Below, one piece after another: positions 1 to 12,119 of a stretch of 54,710 nucleotides of DNA. Within the stretch, counting starts at the first letter, position 1. Each line of letters opens with the position of its first letter. The position numbers and the translations under genes were made by a program. The stretch is from Ministeria vibrans ATCC 50519. Taxonomy: Eukaryota > Protista > Filasterea. Location of the stretch: contig CALSCP010002373.1 in NCBI GenBank assembly GCA_943704425.1, forward strand, positions 1-54,710, read 5' to 3'. Under the pieces are notes generated by a model. It was not told where the DNA came from. It made no database searches and worked only from the letters and a program-made list of their open reading frames with translations.

Positions 1-45
1 TCTCTCTCTCTCTATCACTTTGTTTCTCTCTCTCTCTCTCTGAGC

Positions 46-1629
46 AGGAGGACCTTACTCTGCTGAAGGGCACGGGAGGTGGCAATGAGGTCATCACATC
101 AGGTAGCGTGTCCGCAGCGTGACTGAGTGAGCGTCACACTTGTGCATTTGTATAGGGGTGAACTCTCTGGAGTTGCTAGACCAGTCACGGTGCATTCATG
201 AGCGCAGTCTCGTAAGGCGACGACCCACTCACATATTGAGTGTTTATGCATTCACGAAACTGTGTAGGACGAGCCGGACGAAAGCGAGATCGAGGCGATC
301 AATCGACACTACATGTACGGGTCCAACGAGGCGGGCCTCACCGACGAAGAGGTCCTCATGCATGTCATGATCAAGAACCTTGATACGGGCCAGTATATCT
401 CCCTCAAAGACGCCGAAAAGGTTCTTCCCAAAGGTACGATGAGAAGTGAGGAGAGGAGAGAATGGAGAGCGGCCACTGATGATGATGTTGTGTTGTTGTT
501 ATGCTTCGTTTTTGTAATTTTTTTATAGGAATCGATCCTCTGTCATTGCACATCATGAAACGGCAAAGAGAGTTTGGAACGGGGGCACAAGACCAATTTG
601 ACAGCGAAAGGAGTTTCCACCACCACCACCACCAACAAAGTCAGCACAGCAACGCGCTAAAGACACAGGACAGAGGGGGCACAAGAGGGACTGTCCCTGA
701 GCGCTCTCAGTCATCTGTGTCGCTCGTCACACCCAGTGGTCAGGCGCACCCCGCTGCGACCTCCTCTGCTTCTGCCTCTTCATCCGCTTCTGGCTCCCAC
801 AAGCTGGGTCGTCAGCTCATGAAAGGTCTGACGCGGATCAAAGAGAAGCTGAATGCGTCAGGAAGCGAAATGCATATCGGACGGACGCCTATCAGTACAG
901 AGGACGCATTGCTCGCTGAAGCAGGCTCACTCAAGGTAACAACTACCTGTCTATTTGCTTTCGCATTTTGATTCTGTATTCTCTCTTTGTGTGTGTGTGT
1001 GTGTGTAAAGGTGACTGGCAACCACAAGAAGACACAGGAGTTCTCGCGCGTGCAACTGTTGCAGGACATGTCAGGGGAGCACCGGGGCGCAGTGTGGACC
1101 ATGAAGTTTAGCCACTGCGGACGGTTCCTGGCAACTGCCGGACAGGACACAATTGTGCGTGTGTGGGTTGTGTGTGGCAGTGACCATGTGCTGGATGAGA
1201 TGCGCAGGACATTTACAGCGACGCGAGGGAACACCAATGCGACGACGGCAGGCGGTGTTAGTGCCGGAGACGCACAATCAGCGGAGAAAGGTATGCAATT
1301 GTATAGTTCAAGCGAGTTCCTTTGATTAATGAGATGTATGTATGTGTGTGTGTGTGTGGGTGTTTTTTGTTTTGTTTTCTTTTGTTTGGCCAGACGTTTG
1401 TGATGATGAGAACAGCGATGGAGTGAAGCCAGAGGCCAGTGGAGGGATGCGCAGTGGGGTGTTTAACCGTGCGCCTGCATGTTTGTACCGCGGACATACG
1501 GGTGAGGTACTGGACCTGTCTTGGTCACAAAACCACTTTTTGCTGTCCTCTTCGATGGACAAGACGGTATGCAGTCGGGTGTTGTCATGAAGGGGGCGGT
1601 AGTGTGTGTGTGTGTGTGTGTGTGTTGTC

Positions 1630-1716
<87 letters not shown>

Positions 1717-3356
1717 TGTGAGTTAGACTGAGATGACTGAGTGTATATCTATAACTACACTCATATCATTGGAGTGTTGTCCGTGCCCTGTATATATGAC
1801 TGCCTCTCATTCACTCACACATACTCTCTACTGTCTGTTTTTATGCGTCTCAGGTGCGACTGTGGCATGTGGCTCGCTCAGAGTGTTTGTGTTGTTTCCA
1901 GCACGCTGACTTTGTCACTGCCATTGCGTTTCATCCCAGAGACGATCGATACTTTCTGAGCGGCTCACTTGACTGTCGAATCAGGTACCAAGACATTTTT
2001 TTTTTCAAGTGCGCTATTCTGATACCATTGCATGTAGACTGTGGAACATTCCCGAGAAGAAAGTTGCACTGTGGAATGAAGTAGTCGGACAGGGCTCAAA
2101 TCTCATTACATCTGGTAAGAGATGCATCGAGTTATTCATTGAGTGACTGTGTGAGTGACTGTGTGAGTGAAAGATTGAGTTCTGTGAATGAAAAAGGTAG
2201 TTCACTGACTATGTGTGTGTGTATAGCGAATTTCTGCCAGCAAGGAAAATTGGCAGTGGTGGGCACATATGACGGACGTTGTCTGTTTTACGACTCACAG
2301 AGACTCAAGTACCATACTCAGGTGAGGATCAGTCATATATCTCGTGTACCACTTTGTTTTTTTCTCCCTCCTCTTTCTATTTTTTCTTTTTTTTCTCCCC
2401 ACTGTGGTTGTTGTTTTTGATTGTGTGGTTGTTTGTCTTGTGGTAGATTCATGTCAAGTCGTCGCGTGGAAAAAACTCAAAGGGACGGAAAATCAGTGGA
2501 ATAGAGCCGATGCCAGGAGAGGTAAAAGGAAAACAAGAAGGAGATGTGTGTGTGTGTGTGTTTGTGTGTGTTTGACAGTGACTTGCACAACACAAAAAAA
2601 TGAGACGGAAACTCGAAAAAAAATTAATGTATATATATATATGTGTGTGTGTGACACGCCGACACAAGCCTCTGACACTCACACACATATATGAAATGTA
2701 TGCAGAACAAGATTCTCGTGACATCCAATGACTCACGGATCCGTCTGTACGATCTGGATGACCACACACTGGTCTGCAAGTACCGCGGCATTGCCAACAG
2801 CAGCTCACAGATCAAAGCGTCATTCAGTAACGACGGAACGTACATTATCAGTGGCAGTGAGGACTGCGATGTGTATATGTGGAGCACAGATTACCATGAG
2901 GTCCTCTCACGAAAGGATAAAATGGTGGAACGCTTTTCAGGGTATCGCAGAGACCGCAATGAGTCCTACGAGACGTTTAATGGTACTGAGACGTAGTGTG
3001 TGTGTGTGTGTGTGCGTATGTGTGTACTGATTGATGATTGTGGTTGCGCTGTGTAGCGTCCCCTGCAGTTGTGACTGTGGCTCTCTTTGCTCCGTACTCA
3101 ACATTTGCATCAAAGGTACAATCACACACACAGACACACACACTTTTTGTCAATCACTCTCTCACCCACTTCATTTCTCTCATCCTTATTTTCACCGTCA
3201 CACACTAACCGTTGTAACTCACTCACTCACTCACTCACTCTCTCTGTGCATCTCACACAGGGCATGGATGGGGGTGCTGAAGGGGAAGTGCTTGTTGTCG
3301 CAGACTTTGATGGTGCAATCAAAGTGTTTGTCGCCCGTGGACGCACCAAAACCTAA
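46..3356 (+). CDS. WDR44: WD repeat protein 44 (Rab11-effector/rabphilin-11-like), multi-exon, 5' end lies outside the window
   Basis: Spliced exons give IKNLDTG, HRGAVWTMKFSHCGRFLATAGQD, GHTGEVLDLSWS, FQHADFVTAIAFHPRDDRYFLSGSLD, KILVTSNDSRIRLYDL and QIKASFS, which are characteristic of WDR44; stop at 3354-3356. Confidence 0.9.
1601..1714. repeat. (GT)n intronic microsatellite
   Basis: Directly visible. Confidence 0.95.
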
Positions 3357-3461
3357 CATCCTTCGTTCCAGGCACTCAGGCACGCACGTATGCACACTCT
3401 ATATTGCTGTATCATTAGTCATGAATAAACGTGTCTGTATTCAACACACAAGCTTTCACCC

Positions 3462-4435
3462 TCAAAGAAGATCTGGAGCGTATGCTTTGAGGGTCAGTTG
3501 CAGGGTGACTTCGGTCGGGACACACGCGGGCGACGACCGGATGGCGAGAAGACACGTCTCGGCAATGTCGGACGGCCGCAGACACCGCTCAAGATCAATA
3601 CCAGGAATTCTGTTGATCATGTCGGTCTCGACAAAGCCTGTGACGGCGAAACGATGAGCTTCATCGCATCCCCTCCCCCCCCTCCCCGTCCCCTCGTCTA
3701 CCGTTGTACCTGGGGAAATGAGCATCACCTTAATGTTGTGTTGGCGCAAACTGGCATGGGAGGAAAGAGACCAACCGCGAAGGGCAAATTTTGACGCAGA
3801 GTAAACACACACACTCTCTTGTGGCTCAACTCCCGCGACACTTCCAACGTTGATGATCACACCCTGTCCTTTGGAGATCATACTTTCTGACAGTCGACGT
3901 GTCAGTCTCATTGGAGCGTGGACATTTACGGCAAATATCTGACGGAGAGAGTGAGTGAGAGTAAGAGAGAGAGATAATGAGTTGGACTACTTTTTACCTT
4001 CAGCCAATCGTCAGGATCTCCATCTTTCGGGCCACCCCGTGCACCCATACCGGCATTATTGACGAGAACATCAACGCCACCATGTTTCTCCACCAGTTGC
4101 TGAGAGTGACATGATTTGGGATAAGTTAAAATGAGTTGATCACTCAACAACAACAATCGCCCGTACCAAGGCAAGAGCATCAATTTGCCCTCCATCCGAC
4201 AGATCAGTTACATAAATATCAACATTTGGAGCGCCTGCGGCGCGGCATTCGGCAGCTACGCTTTCCAACTGAGCTTGAATGAGCGAACGAACGGAATCAA
4301 TCAACCAAACCAAACCTGATCTTGACTCCGTGCGGTCAGCGCCAGAGACGATTCTTCTTTGGCCAACGCCAATGCTATCGCACGTCCAATACCACGACCG
4401 GCCCCTGTTACGAGAGACCACTTTCCTGACAGCAT
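3462..4435 (-). CDS. Short-chain dehydrogenase/reductase (SDR), multi-exon
   Basis: TGAGRGIG Rossmann motif, VDVLVNNAG, INVGSVAG and the catalytic YSASK (YxxxK); GT-AG introns. Confidence 0.9.
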
Positions 4436-4593
4436 CGAATCGAATACAATAAAAGAATAATAATGATCTTTCTCGAAAATCTCAACTCGAAAGACGAAAG
4501 AGTAAACACTAAACACTCAAACTGACAGTTACTATTTTACTTCCCCCCCCCACCCATTCATACAGATGCCTCCTCCACCGCCGCCGACGACGC

Positions 4594-5825
4594 CTAAGAA
4601 GCCCGGGAAGGTCCAAGTTCAGGTAGATCCGACAACCGCTTTTGCGCCTCATCCAACGCACTCTCTCCTCTCTCAAGGTATTCCGGGCGCTCTACACCTA
4701 CGCACCGCAGCACGTAAGCCCCCCCCCCCGCTCTCTAGTTCGTTCCCTCCGCTTTCTCTCCAAGACCACAATAACAGTACCAATTGCTTTGGTATAGTGC
4801 GCTGCGCCCAAAAGAAGCTCAGGCGACCGATACCAAATCGTGACAACCTAAAACACAGCGAGACTTAGAAATCCCACTATAATTCCGCTACATACTTCTG
4901 CGTCGATTTCGGTAAATCGCTTCAGTGGATCCGCAAATATCCTCGCAAGTCCCAGGTCGCCTATCCAAATACAAAGACATTCACACTCACATTCTCTCTG
5001 GAAGGTACAGTACCAATTTTGACATTGCCAATGTCCGACTCAGGCGACCCCTTGATGAGAATGTTGGCTGGCTTGAGGTCGCGATGGAGGATGAAGTTGG
5101 CGTGGAGGTACTGCAGGCCCTTGAGGATCTCGCGGATGATCCATCGCGAGCGCGTCTCCGGCATGATCATGCGCTTGTGGCGATATTGTGTCAAGACTTG
5201 CTGTCAGATTGGTACGAAAACACGCAGTGAGTCACTCTGACTTGATAGTGTCTTTTTTTACTCCCTTACGTAGAGATCAAAGTCGGCATATTCAAACACA
5301 AACCAGACGCTCCGTTCGACGACGTTCAAGTGGACATCGATGACAGTCATGAGATTCTCGTGTCGCAGTTCCTTCAGCACCTGTGCAGGATGTGTGTCAG
5401 GCGACTGCGCGCGACCCGCCGGACTGTACACTTACTGCAATCTCACGGCAGGCAGAGGTCGAGAGGCCGTCGAGACGCTGATCGTTTGTAGGGGGCATCT
5501 TGATGCGTTTGAGTGCGTATGCGACGGACGGTCCTTGTCTATAGAGCGAGAGAGAGAGAGAGAAGAAGAAGAAAAAAAATGAACTTTTGCGTCGCACAGG
5601 TTCACACTACGTACTGGTCCCGTCGCGTTGCCTTGTATACGATTCCGTATGTGCCCTGGCCCACATAGCCGTCCTAGGGACACGCAGATAAGCCAGAGAA
5701 GCGCAGAGACAGTCCAAACCTACCCATTGATATGCCAGTTTCACGTAGTCGCGCTTGTCGCCTAGTCGTCCAGCAAACGGCGCCAATGCCGTGCTTGTCG
5801 AAGGACCCGCCTCAGAGTCGGACAT
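4594..5825 (-). CDS. CDK8: CDK8/CDK19-like kinase, apparently truncated after subdomain VIII
   Basis: [17 protein letters not shown] (the CDK8 version of PSTAIRE), [19 protein letters not shown] and [22 protein letters not shown]; the next exon is unrelated and stops at 4594. Confidence 0.8.
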
Positions 5826-6089
5826 GGTAAGTACGCTATAAAAGAATAAACCGATTAAATTTCCGATTTCGACCTACATCGCAATTTCAATGTGAATCGA
5901 GTGAATTGAGTCAGGAGTTAGCCAGTAAGAACGGGAAATAGACATATGTCATATGACATATCCTGGAAAGTGAAAGGGAAAGCTAGGGGAGTGGCTAGGG
6001 ATAACTGATAAACATGGTAAGTGAGTCTTGTGAATATAATGCTACACTCACTTTCTCTCTTTAGTCTTTTGCGTCTCTTTTGAAGTACG

Positions 6090-6776
6090 ATGCCTGAAAA
6101 AGTCATAATCTTGTCGGGGAAACGCAAGAGTGGCAAGGATTACATTGCTGCCGAACTGCAACAGAGGTAGAGTAATCCATATTTGATCTCTCTCCCTGAA
6201 ACAACTCTCGTCCTCTCCCCTATCTGCTCTCGTAGAATACCCTCGTGCATCATTGTACGACTGTCCGAGCCCCTCAAGCGTCAATATGCCCTGGTAACGG
6301 GAGGGTTCGAGTCTGACGGCCCACTCATTCACCTTCGCCTTTCGCAGGATCACAACCTTGACCTGAACGAGCTGCTGGGCACCAGCGCCTACAAGGAACG
6401 CTATCGAAGCGACATGATTCGCTGGGGCGAAGATCAGCGTGAGCGCGACCCGGGTTTCTTTGCGCGCCTTGCGACGGCAACGAGCCATGCCGAGTCGGCG
6501 AGAGTATGGATTGTGTCCGACGCACGACGGCCCACCGACGTCGCTTACTTCCAATCAAACTATGGCGACCGCGTGACCACGGTGCGTGTGCAGGCGAGCG
6601 AAGAGTGCCGCGCCACGCGTGGCTGGGTGTTCACCGATGGTGTCGACAACGCCGTCTCCGAGTGCGGTCTCGACGACCTCACGCACGACCTGACTGTCGT
6701 CAACAACAGTCTGGCGGGCTGTGATGCGTCTCTCGAAGAGACACTAAAACGCATTGTAGACCTCACTCAAGCATAA
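6090..6776 (+). CDS. PMVK: Phosphomevalonate kinase, animal type
   Basis: ILSGKRKSGKDY P-loop, RLSEPLKRQYA, YKERYRSDMIRWGE, WIVSDARR and GVDNAVSECGLD; two short introns. Confidence 0.92.
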
Positions 6777-6846
6777 ATTGTATCGCATACCCACCGCAAC
6801 ATTCTACTTTCTTGTCTATTCTTGTTTACACCTTTACTACTATTAA

Positions 6847-8599
6847 TTATGATTCAGCTTCAACCAGCACGTCGACTACACGCCCAACCACGACGGTCGC
6901 AGGAGCCACGATAGCGTGGTCCTTGGCGATCTGAGCAATCGTCTCAAGGGTGCCGCGCACAGTGCGCTCGTGGGCGCGGTTGGCGCCGTGGAAGGCACGC
7001 TCAACCACAGCGACAGGCGTGTCGCGCGGGTACGCCAGCTTTTCTGTGAGCTCACGCGTGACAGTGGGCAGCGCGGCAACGCCCATAAGAAACACCACGG
7101 TGCGCAGTGGCTCGTACGCGGGCAGCACAGGCAGCTCGCCGTTCTTGCCGCGTCCCGTTGTAATGAGCAGCTGATTGGCACTTCCTCGGTGCGTCACGGG
7201 AATACCACCAGCCAAAGGCGCCGCAATGGCCGACGAAACGCCAGGAAGCACGCGCGCAGCAAAGCCATGCGATCGGAAAAACAACACCTCCTCACCGCCA
7301 CGCCCAAACACAAAAGGATCGCCGCACTTGAGGCGCACCACGCGCTTGCCTGCACGCAGCCCATCCAGCACCATTCGGTTCATGGCATCCTGATACGCAT
7401 CCGCATTACCCGCAGTCTTGTTCGCCACTCGTACTTCCGTTACCTCTCGGTTTACATACTCATCAATAATCTAATAGAAAAAAAAAAGCCCCCTTGTCAG
7501 CATAAAAATGCACAATATGTTCCGCTTACGGCGCTTGGTACGAGCTTGTCGGCAACGACAAGGTGAGCGGCACGCAGAGCCTTGACGCCCGCCATGGTCA
7601 TCATGTCAGGCGAGCCGGGCCCCGCACCCACCAGCGTCAGCAAAGGCTCTTCCAACGTGCCCGCATCATTCCTTGCTGTATTCGTGTCGGTCGTCGTGTC
7701 GCTCACGCCCGAGTCAGACGAGCTGGGCGAAACAGCGCGCTCCTCGACACGATGGTTGTCGGTGTCCGTCTTTTGCTCGTCCCCGTGATGAAGATAGTCG
7801 TCGACAAGGACATCAATGCGTTCGTCTGTGAGAGTTGCCAGATCGGGTATGGGTGTGTTGGTGCAGAGGGCACTCATCCATTTCATGCGATGCGCACACG
7901 ACTGAGGGTCCGGATCCGCCTGCCGAATGCGTTGTCTCAGCACGTTGACCCGCTCGAGCGCATCGCCCGAGTGCTCGGGAACCGCACTGCGAATCTGTTG
8001 GCGAATCATTGCGCCAAGTTTGGGCGCCTTGCCGTTGGTCGACACGGCCACCTGCAAGGGTCCATCGCGAAACTGCGCAGCAAACCAAAAGTCACAAAGT
8101 GCGGGAATGTCGGCGCAATTGACGGGAATGCGCTGTGATCGGGCCAGTGTTGCAATGCGAAGGCTCTCCTCGTGATCATCAATCGTCGACAAAACCATGT
8201 CGACTCCTTCCAAATCTTCATCTTTGAAATGTCTTCGCACCAACTCAACTAAAAATCAAAAGAAGAAAAAAAAAACATCAGAAGTTGAACTATCTCTCTT
8301 TGTCTCACACACCACACACACACACACACACTCTCTCTCTCTCTCTCTCTGAGACGCAACGACACTTATATATACAATAACAGGGGGGGACACTGACCTT
8401 CGCCAAGCGACTCGCGCACCCTGAGCGACTCGTGAGCCCTTGGAGCGACCACACGCACTTGGGCATCCGCCTGCAACGCTGCTTCGACGCGCCGTGTGCC
8501 CTCTACGCCGCCCCCCACGACAAGCACGCGCTTCCCTGCTAGTCTCCAGGCAACCACCAGACTCGCTCCACCCTCAATCTTCTTCACTACTTGGCTCAT
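6847..8599 (-). CDS. Siroheme synthase / uroporphyrinogen-III C-methyltransferase (CysG/Met1-like, multifunctional)
   Basis: N-terminal dehydrogenase/chelatase region (VLVVGGG, VNCADIPALCDF, QVAVSTNGKAPKL) plus a methyltransferase domain (LVGAGPGSPD, VVRLKCGDPFVFGRGGEE, PGVSSAIAAP, IPVTHRG). Confidence 0.92.
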
Positions 8600-8923
8600 T
8601 GGTAAATAAAAGTGAAATTGTAATTGCGTGATCAGCGAGAGATTACAAGTGGAAGTTTGCCTCGGCCGCCGCCCCACCGCCCCATACCCGCGCGATTCAT
8701 GGTGCGATCAAGCATTCTAGTGGTTTTACTGAGCGGCTCCAAGCAAAATCGAGGCGGACCGTCGTGCGTCGACCTTTGTGGCGCATTCTTTCAAAAGTCG
8801 CAAAGCGCCGGCCAATGAGATGCGCGCAATTTTTTCAATCAAATATGGCGCCCCATATTCACCGCATTCCGTTCGATCAGTCATCAGCGCGACTGCGCGA
8901 CTTGACATCCACTTTCGTTACTC

Positions 8924-9617
8924 ATGTCTGTGCCACCTCCCAGTTTCCTTCAGGCTCGTGGCCAGCAGCTCTCCAACGTACTACTGGCGCCCAGCCTGCT
9001 GTGGCGAAAGGGCAAAAACGAGGATGCGGACAAGAAGGAGTTGGCGACAGACGCTGATCCCGCTTGGCTTGCCGTCGATCGCATCCGCAGTGCCACCACA
9101 CTGGCTCAGGCTGCGGTGGCCCTCTCGGACGTCGTCATCGTGAACCCCACCGTCGCTGCTCCCGACGCAAACAGTCGCGAGATTCGTCGACTCGCCGGCA
9201 GTCACAACAGTCTCAGTGGTGTCACGCAGGTGAAACTTGTTCTCTCGGACGCCGCCCTCGCCGCCTCCCTTGTCGACCATCTTGTCCACCGCCGCCTCGC
9301 GTCCGCCATTGTCGACGGCCCGCGCGCCCTCCTTCGCATGTTGGCTCCGCTCCAGTCAATGTGTGACAAAGGTAAAGCCATTTTTTTGTCTACTTAGTAC
9401 CGCACCATACTACGACAGGGCGATGCCCTTGTGATTGTATATCCATTGAAACATAGCGATTTCATTTTTTTGATCTTTGATTTAATTTTGCATTATATTT
9501 TTAGGTCTTCCTGGCGTTCTTCACGTTGCCGTCGAGCCAACGTCCACTGCCGACATTGCCGATGTCCTGGCCCTGCGTGATACGGGTGTGATTATTCTCT
9601 CCTCGCGTTCACCCGAG
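8924..9617 (+). CDS. N-terminal fragment of a PFOR-domain protein, probably a sulfite reductase subunit (Met5/Met10-like); the rest is not present here
   Basis: Exons 8924-9371 and 9505-9617 encode LLRMLAPL...GLPGVLHVA...DIADVLALRDTGVIILSSRSPE, resembling the PFOR domain I motif; it lies head-to-head with siroheme synthase. Confidence 0.6.
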
Positions 9618-9672
9618 GTACCAAAAAAAAAAATGGGTCAAATATTTTTGCAGAAATTAAATCATTCTCTCT

Positions 9673-9728
<56 letters not shown>

Positions 9729-9759
9729 CTCCCGTCATACTTTCTCACACTCTGGGTAG

Positions 9760-12086
9760 GAAAACGACCTCCTGTCAATAATCGGTGCGTCTCGCTCCAT
9801 CAATGGCTCGCTGACCATCCCTGCTGGCCTCTACACGCATCGCGTGCTCCCCGTCATGCTCACCGATGCCGCTCAGGTCACCCTTGAGGCAGGTGCTCGA
9901 TTCGTCGGCTCCTGCAGCGACTCGTCCAACTCCGTCTCCGCCGCCTTTGTGATTCATGCAGCCAGCTCAGGCGTCTCGGTGACAGGCGGCGTCTTTGCAG
10001 ACTTTGTCACCGGCTCGCCCATTGTTGTCGCTGCTGGAGCGCGTCTGGCCGTCGTTGCGTCGGCGAACTTTGAGGACAACGTGGTAGGCACTGGCGTGTC
10101 GCGCAACGCCTCCACGGGCGCTTGGTCAATCCAAGCGAGTGCCAATCTCGACCCAACAGCAGCAGGCGCCCTCGCTGTGGGTGCTGGCGCATCCGTCACC
10201 ATCAACACGGTGCAAGTGACGCGCTGTGGCTCTTCGGGTGCTGGTGCCATCAGCGTTGGCGCTGCTGCATCGCTCACCGCCAATGCGCTGACCATTAGCA
10301 ACTCCGCCGGCGCTATTGCTGGTGCCATTGTGCAGCAAGTGGCATCGACTGTGACGCTCAACAGCGCGACCATCAGCGACACGCAGTCGCTCTCCGACTC
10401 GTTTGCCTACCCCGTTGCGGGTGCCATTTCGACTGGCTTGGACGCTTCTCTCACCCTCAACGGTGGCTTCTTCTTGCAGTGTGTGAGCTCTGCTACGGGC
10501 GCGGGCGCCATTGCGGCAATTGGTGCCACAGAGGTTGTTGCGAATGGTGTCACCTTTGACGGCAATCGTGGAGTGTCGGGTGGCGCAGTTTTGGCAGGAG
10601 GTCACGCAGCAGTCACGCTCAAGGGAGCGTGTGTGCTCAAGAACAACCAGGCGAGCCTGTCGGGTGGTGCCATTGCACTGACACAGGGTGCGTCGCTCAA
10701 AGTAGAGTCTGGTGCGTGTACCTTCTCGGCAAACGAGGCGCAGCTCGACGGCGGCGATGTCTCCGTGACCGACACAGCTTCGGCCTGGCTGGGTGCATCT
10801 GTCCACACGGGCTCGTCGGCGCCCGTTGGCGGAACATTTGCGGCGCACGGACGAACGACCGTCACGCTCGATGGGACTTTGGTGAGCGGTGTGACCGGCC
10901 TCGCTGGTGCTATTGGTCTGGCGGACGGTCGTGCTACCGTGACTCTGCTGAGTGTGACGCTGGACAATGCTGTGGCGGTGCGTGCAGCGGCTGTGCTGGT
11001 ACGTGATCTGGCAACGCTCACAGTGCGCGACTCTACCATTTCCAACATGCGCACCAACACACACGGTGGGGCATTTGCCATTGATGACCAGGCGAGTCTG
11101 CTCATGGACAACAGCGCCGCGACGAATAACTGGGCGGCCTTTGGTGGTGTCGTGGCCGGCGGTAGTCTGAGCACGATTATGCTGAACAATTGTTCCATGT
11201 CGGGCAACGTGGCGACGTGGAGCGGTGGTGCAGTGCACGCTGAAGACTACACTGTGTTGGCCGTCACGGGCGGTACGTACACCAACAACGCGGCGGTACG
11301 CGGCGGTGGCGGTGTCTTTGGCATGAAGGACCGCGTCGCGTCGTCATTTCTCAACACCAGCTGCACCAACAACTTTGCGCCATTTGGGGGTGCTGTGAAT
11401 GTACACGGCCCTGTGACGTTTGACGCGCACGGTAGCACCTTTGACTACAACGAAGCGACGGAGGGTGACGTGCGGCCTTCGGGCGAGGGTGGCGCTGTCC
11501 ACGTCGACTTTATCATTCACGAGAACCTGGCGAACACGCGCGTGCCCGCCACCATGAAGTATTCCAAGACGCTGTCTCGCTTTGTCTTTGGGACACTTAA
11601 TGCGTCGCTGCCAGCGTCGCTGCTTGCGAGCAACGCCAACCTGATGACCCGCCTGCAGGAGACGCCAAGTGAACTTGCCAACGGTCGCCAGGAACACACG
11701 AGCTTCTCGTACAACCAGGCAGTGTATGGCGGTGCGCTGTACCTCAATGACTTTGACCGTGTACAAGGCAACACCACGTACATTAACAATCGTGCGACAC
11801 TTGATGGCGGCGCTCTCGTTGTATGGTGGGGCCATTTCCGTGAGGACGACCCCATTTTCAGCGAAGGCGAGCCCTGGGCGCAGGAAGTCAGTTTGGGCAG
11901 CGTGAAAATCATTGGAAACGATGCTGGGCGAAAGGGTGGCCATATGTATGTCAAGGTACACGCCATCAAACTCGCGCGTCTTTATTAATATTCATATTAA
12001 TATTCATATTAATAATAATAATTATTATAATTATAATAATTAAATAATTATTATTAATATTAAATTAATAATAATATTATTTTTAT

Positions 12087-12119
<33 letters not shown>

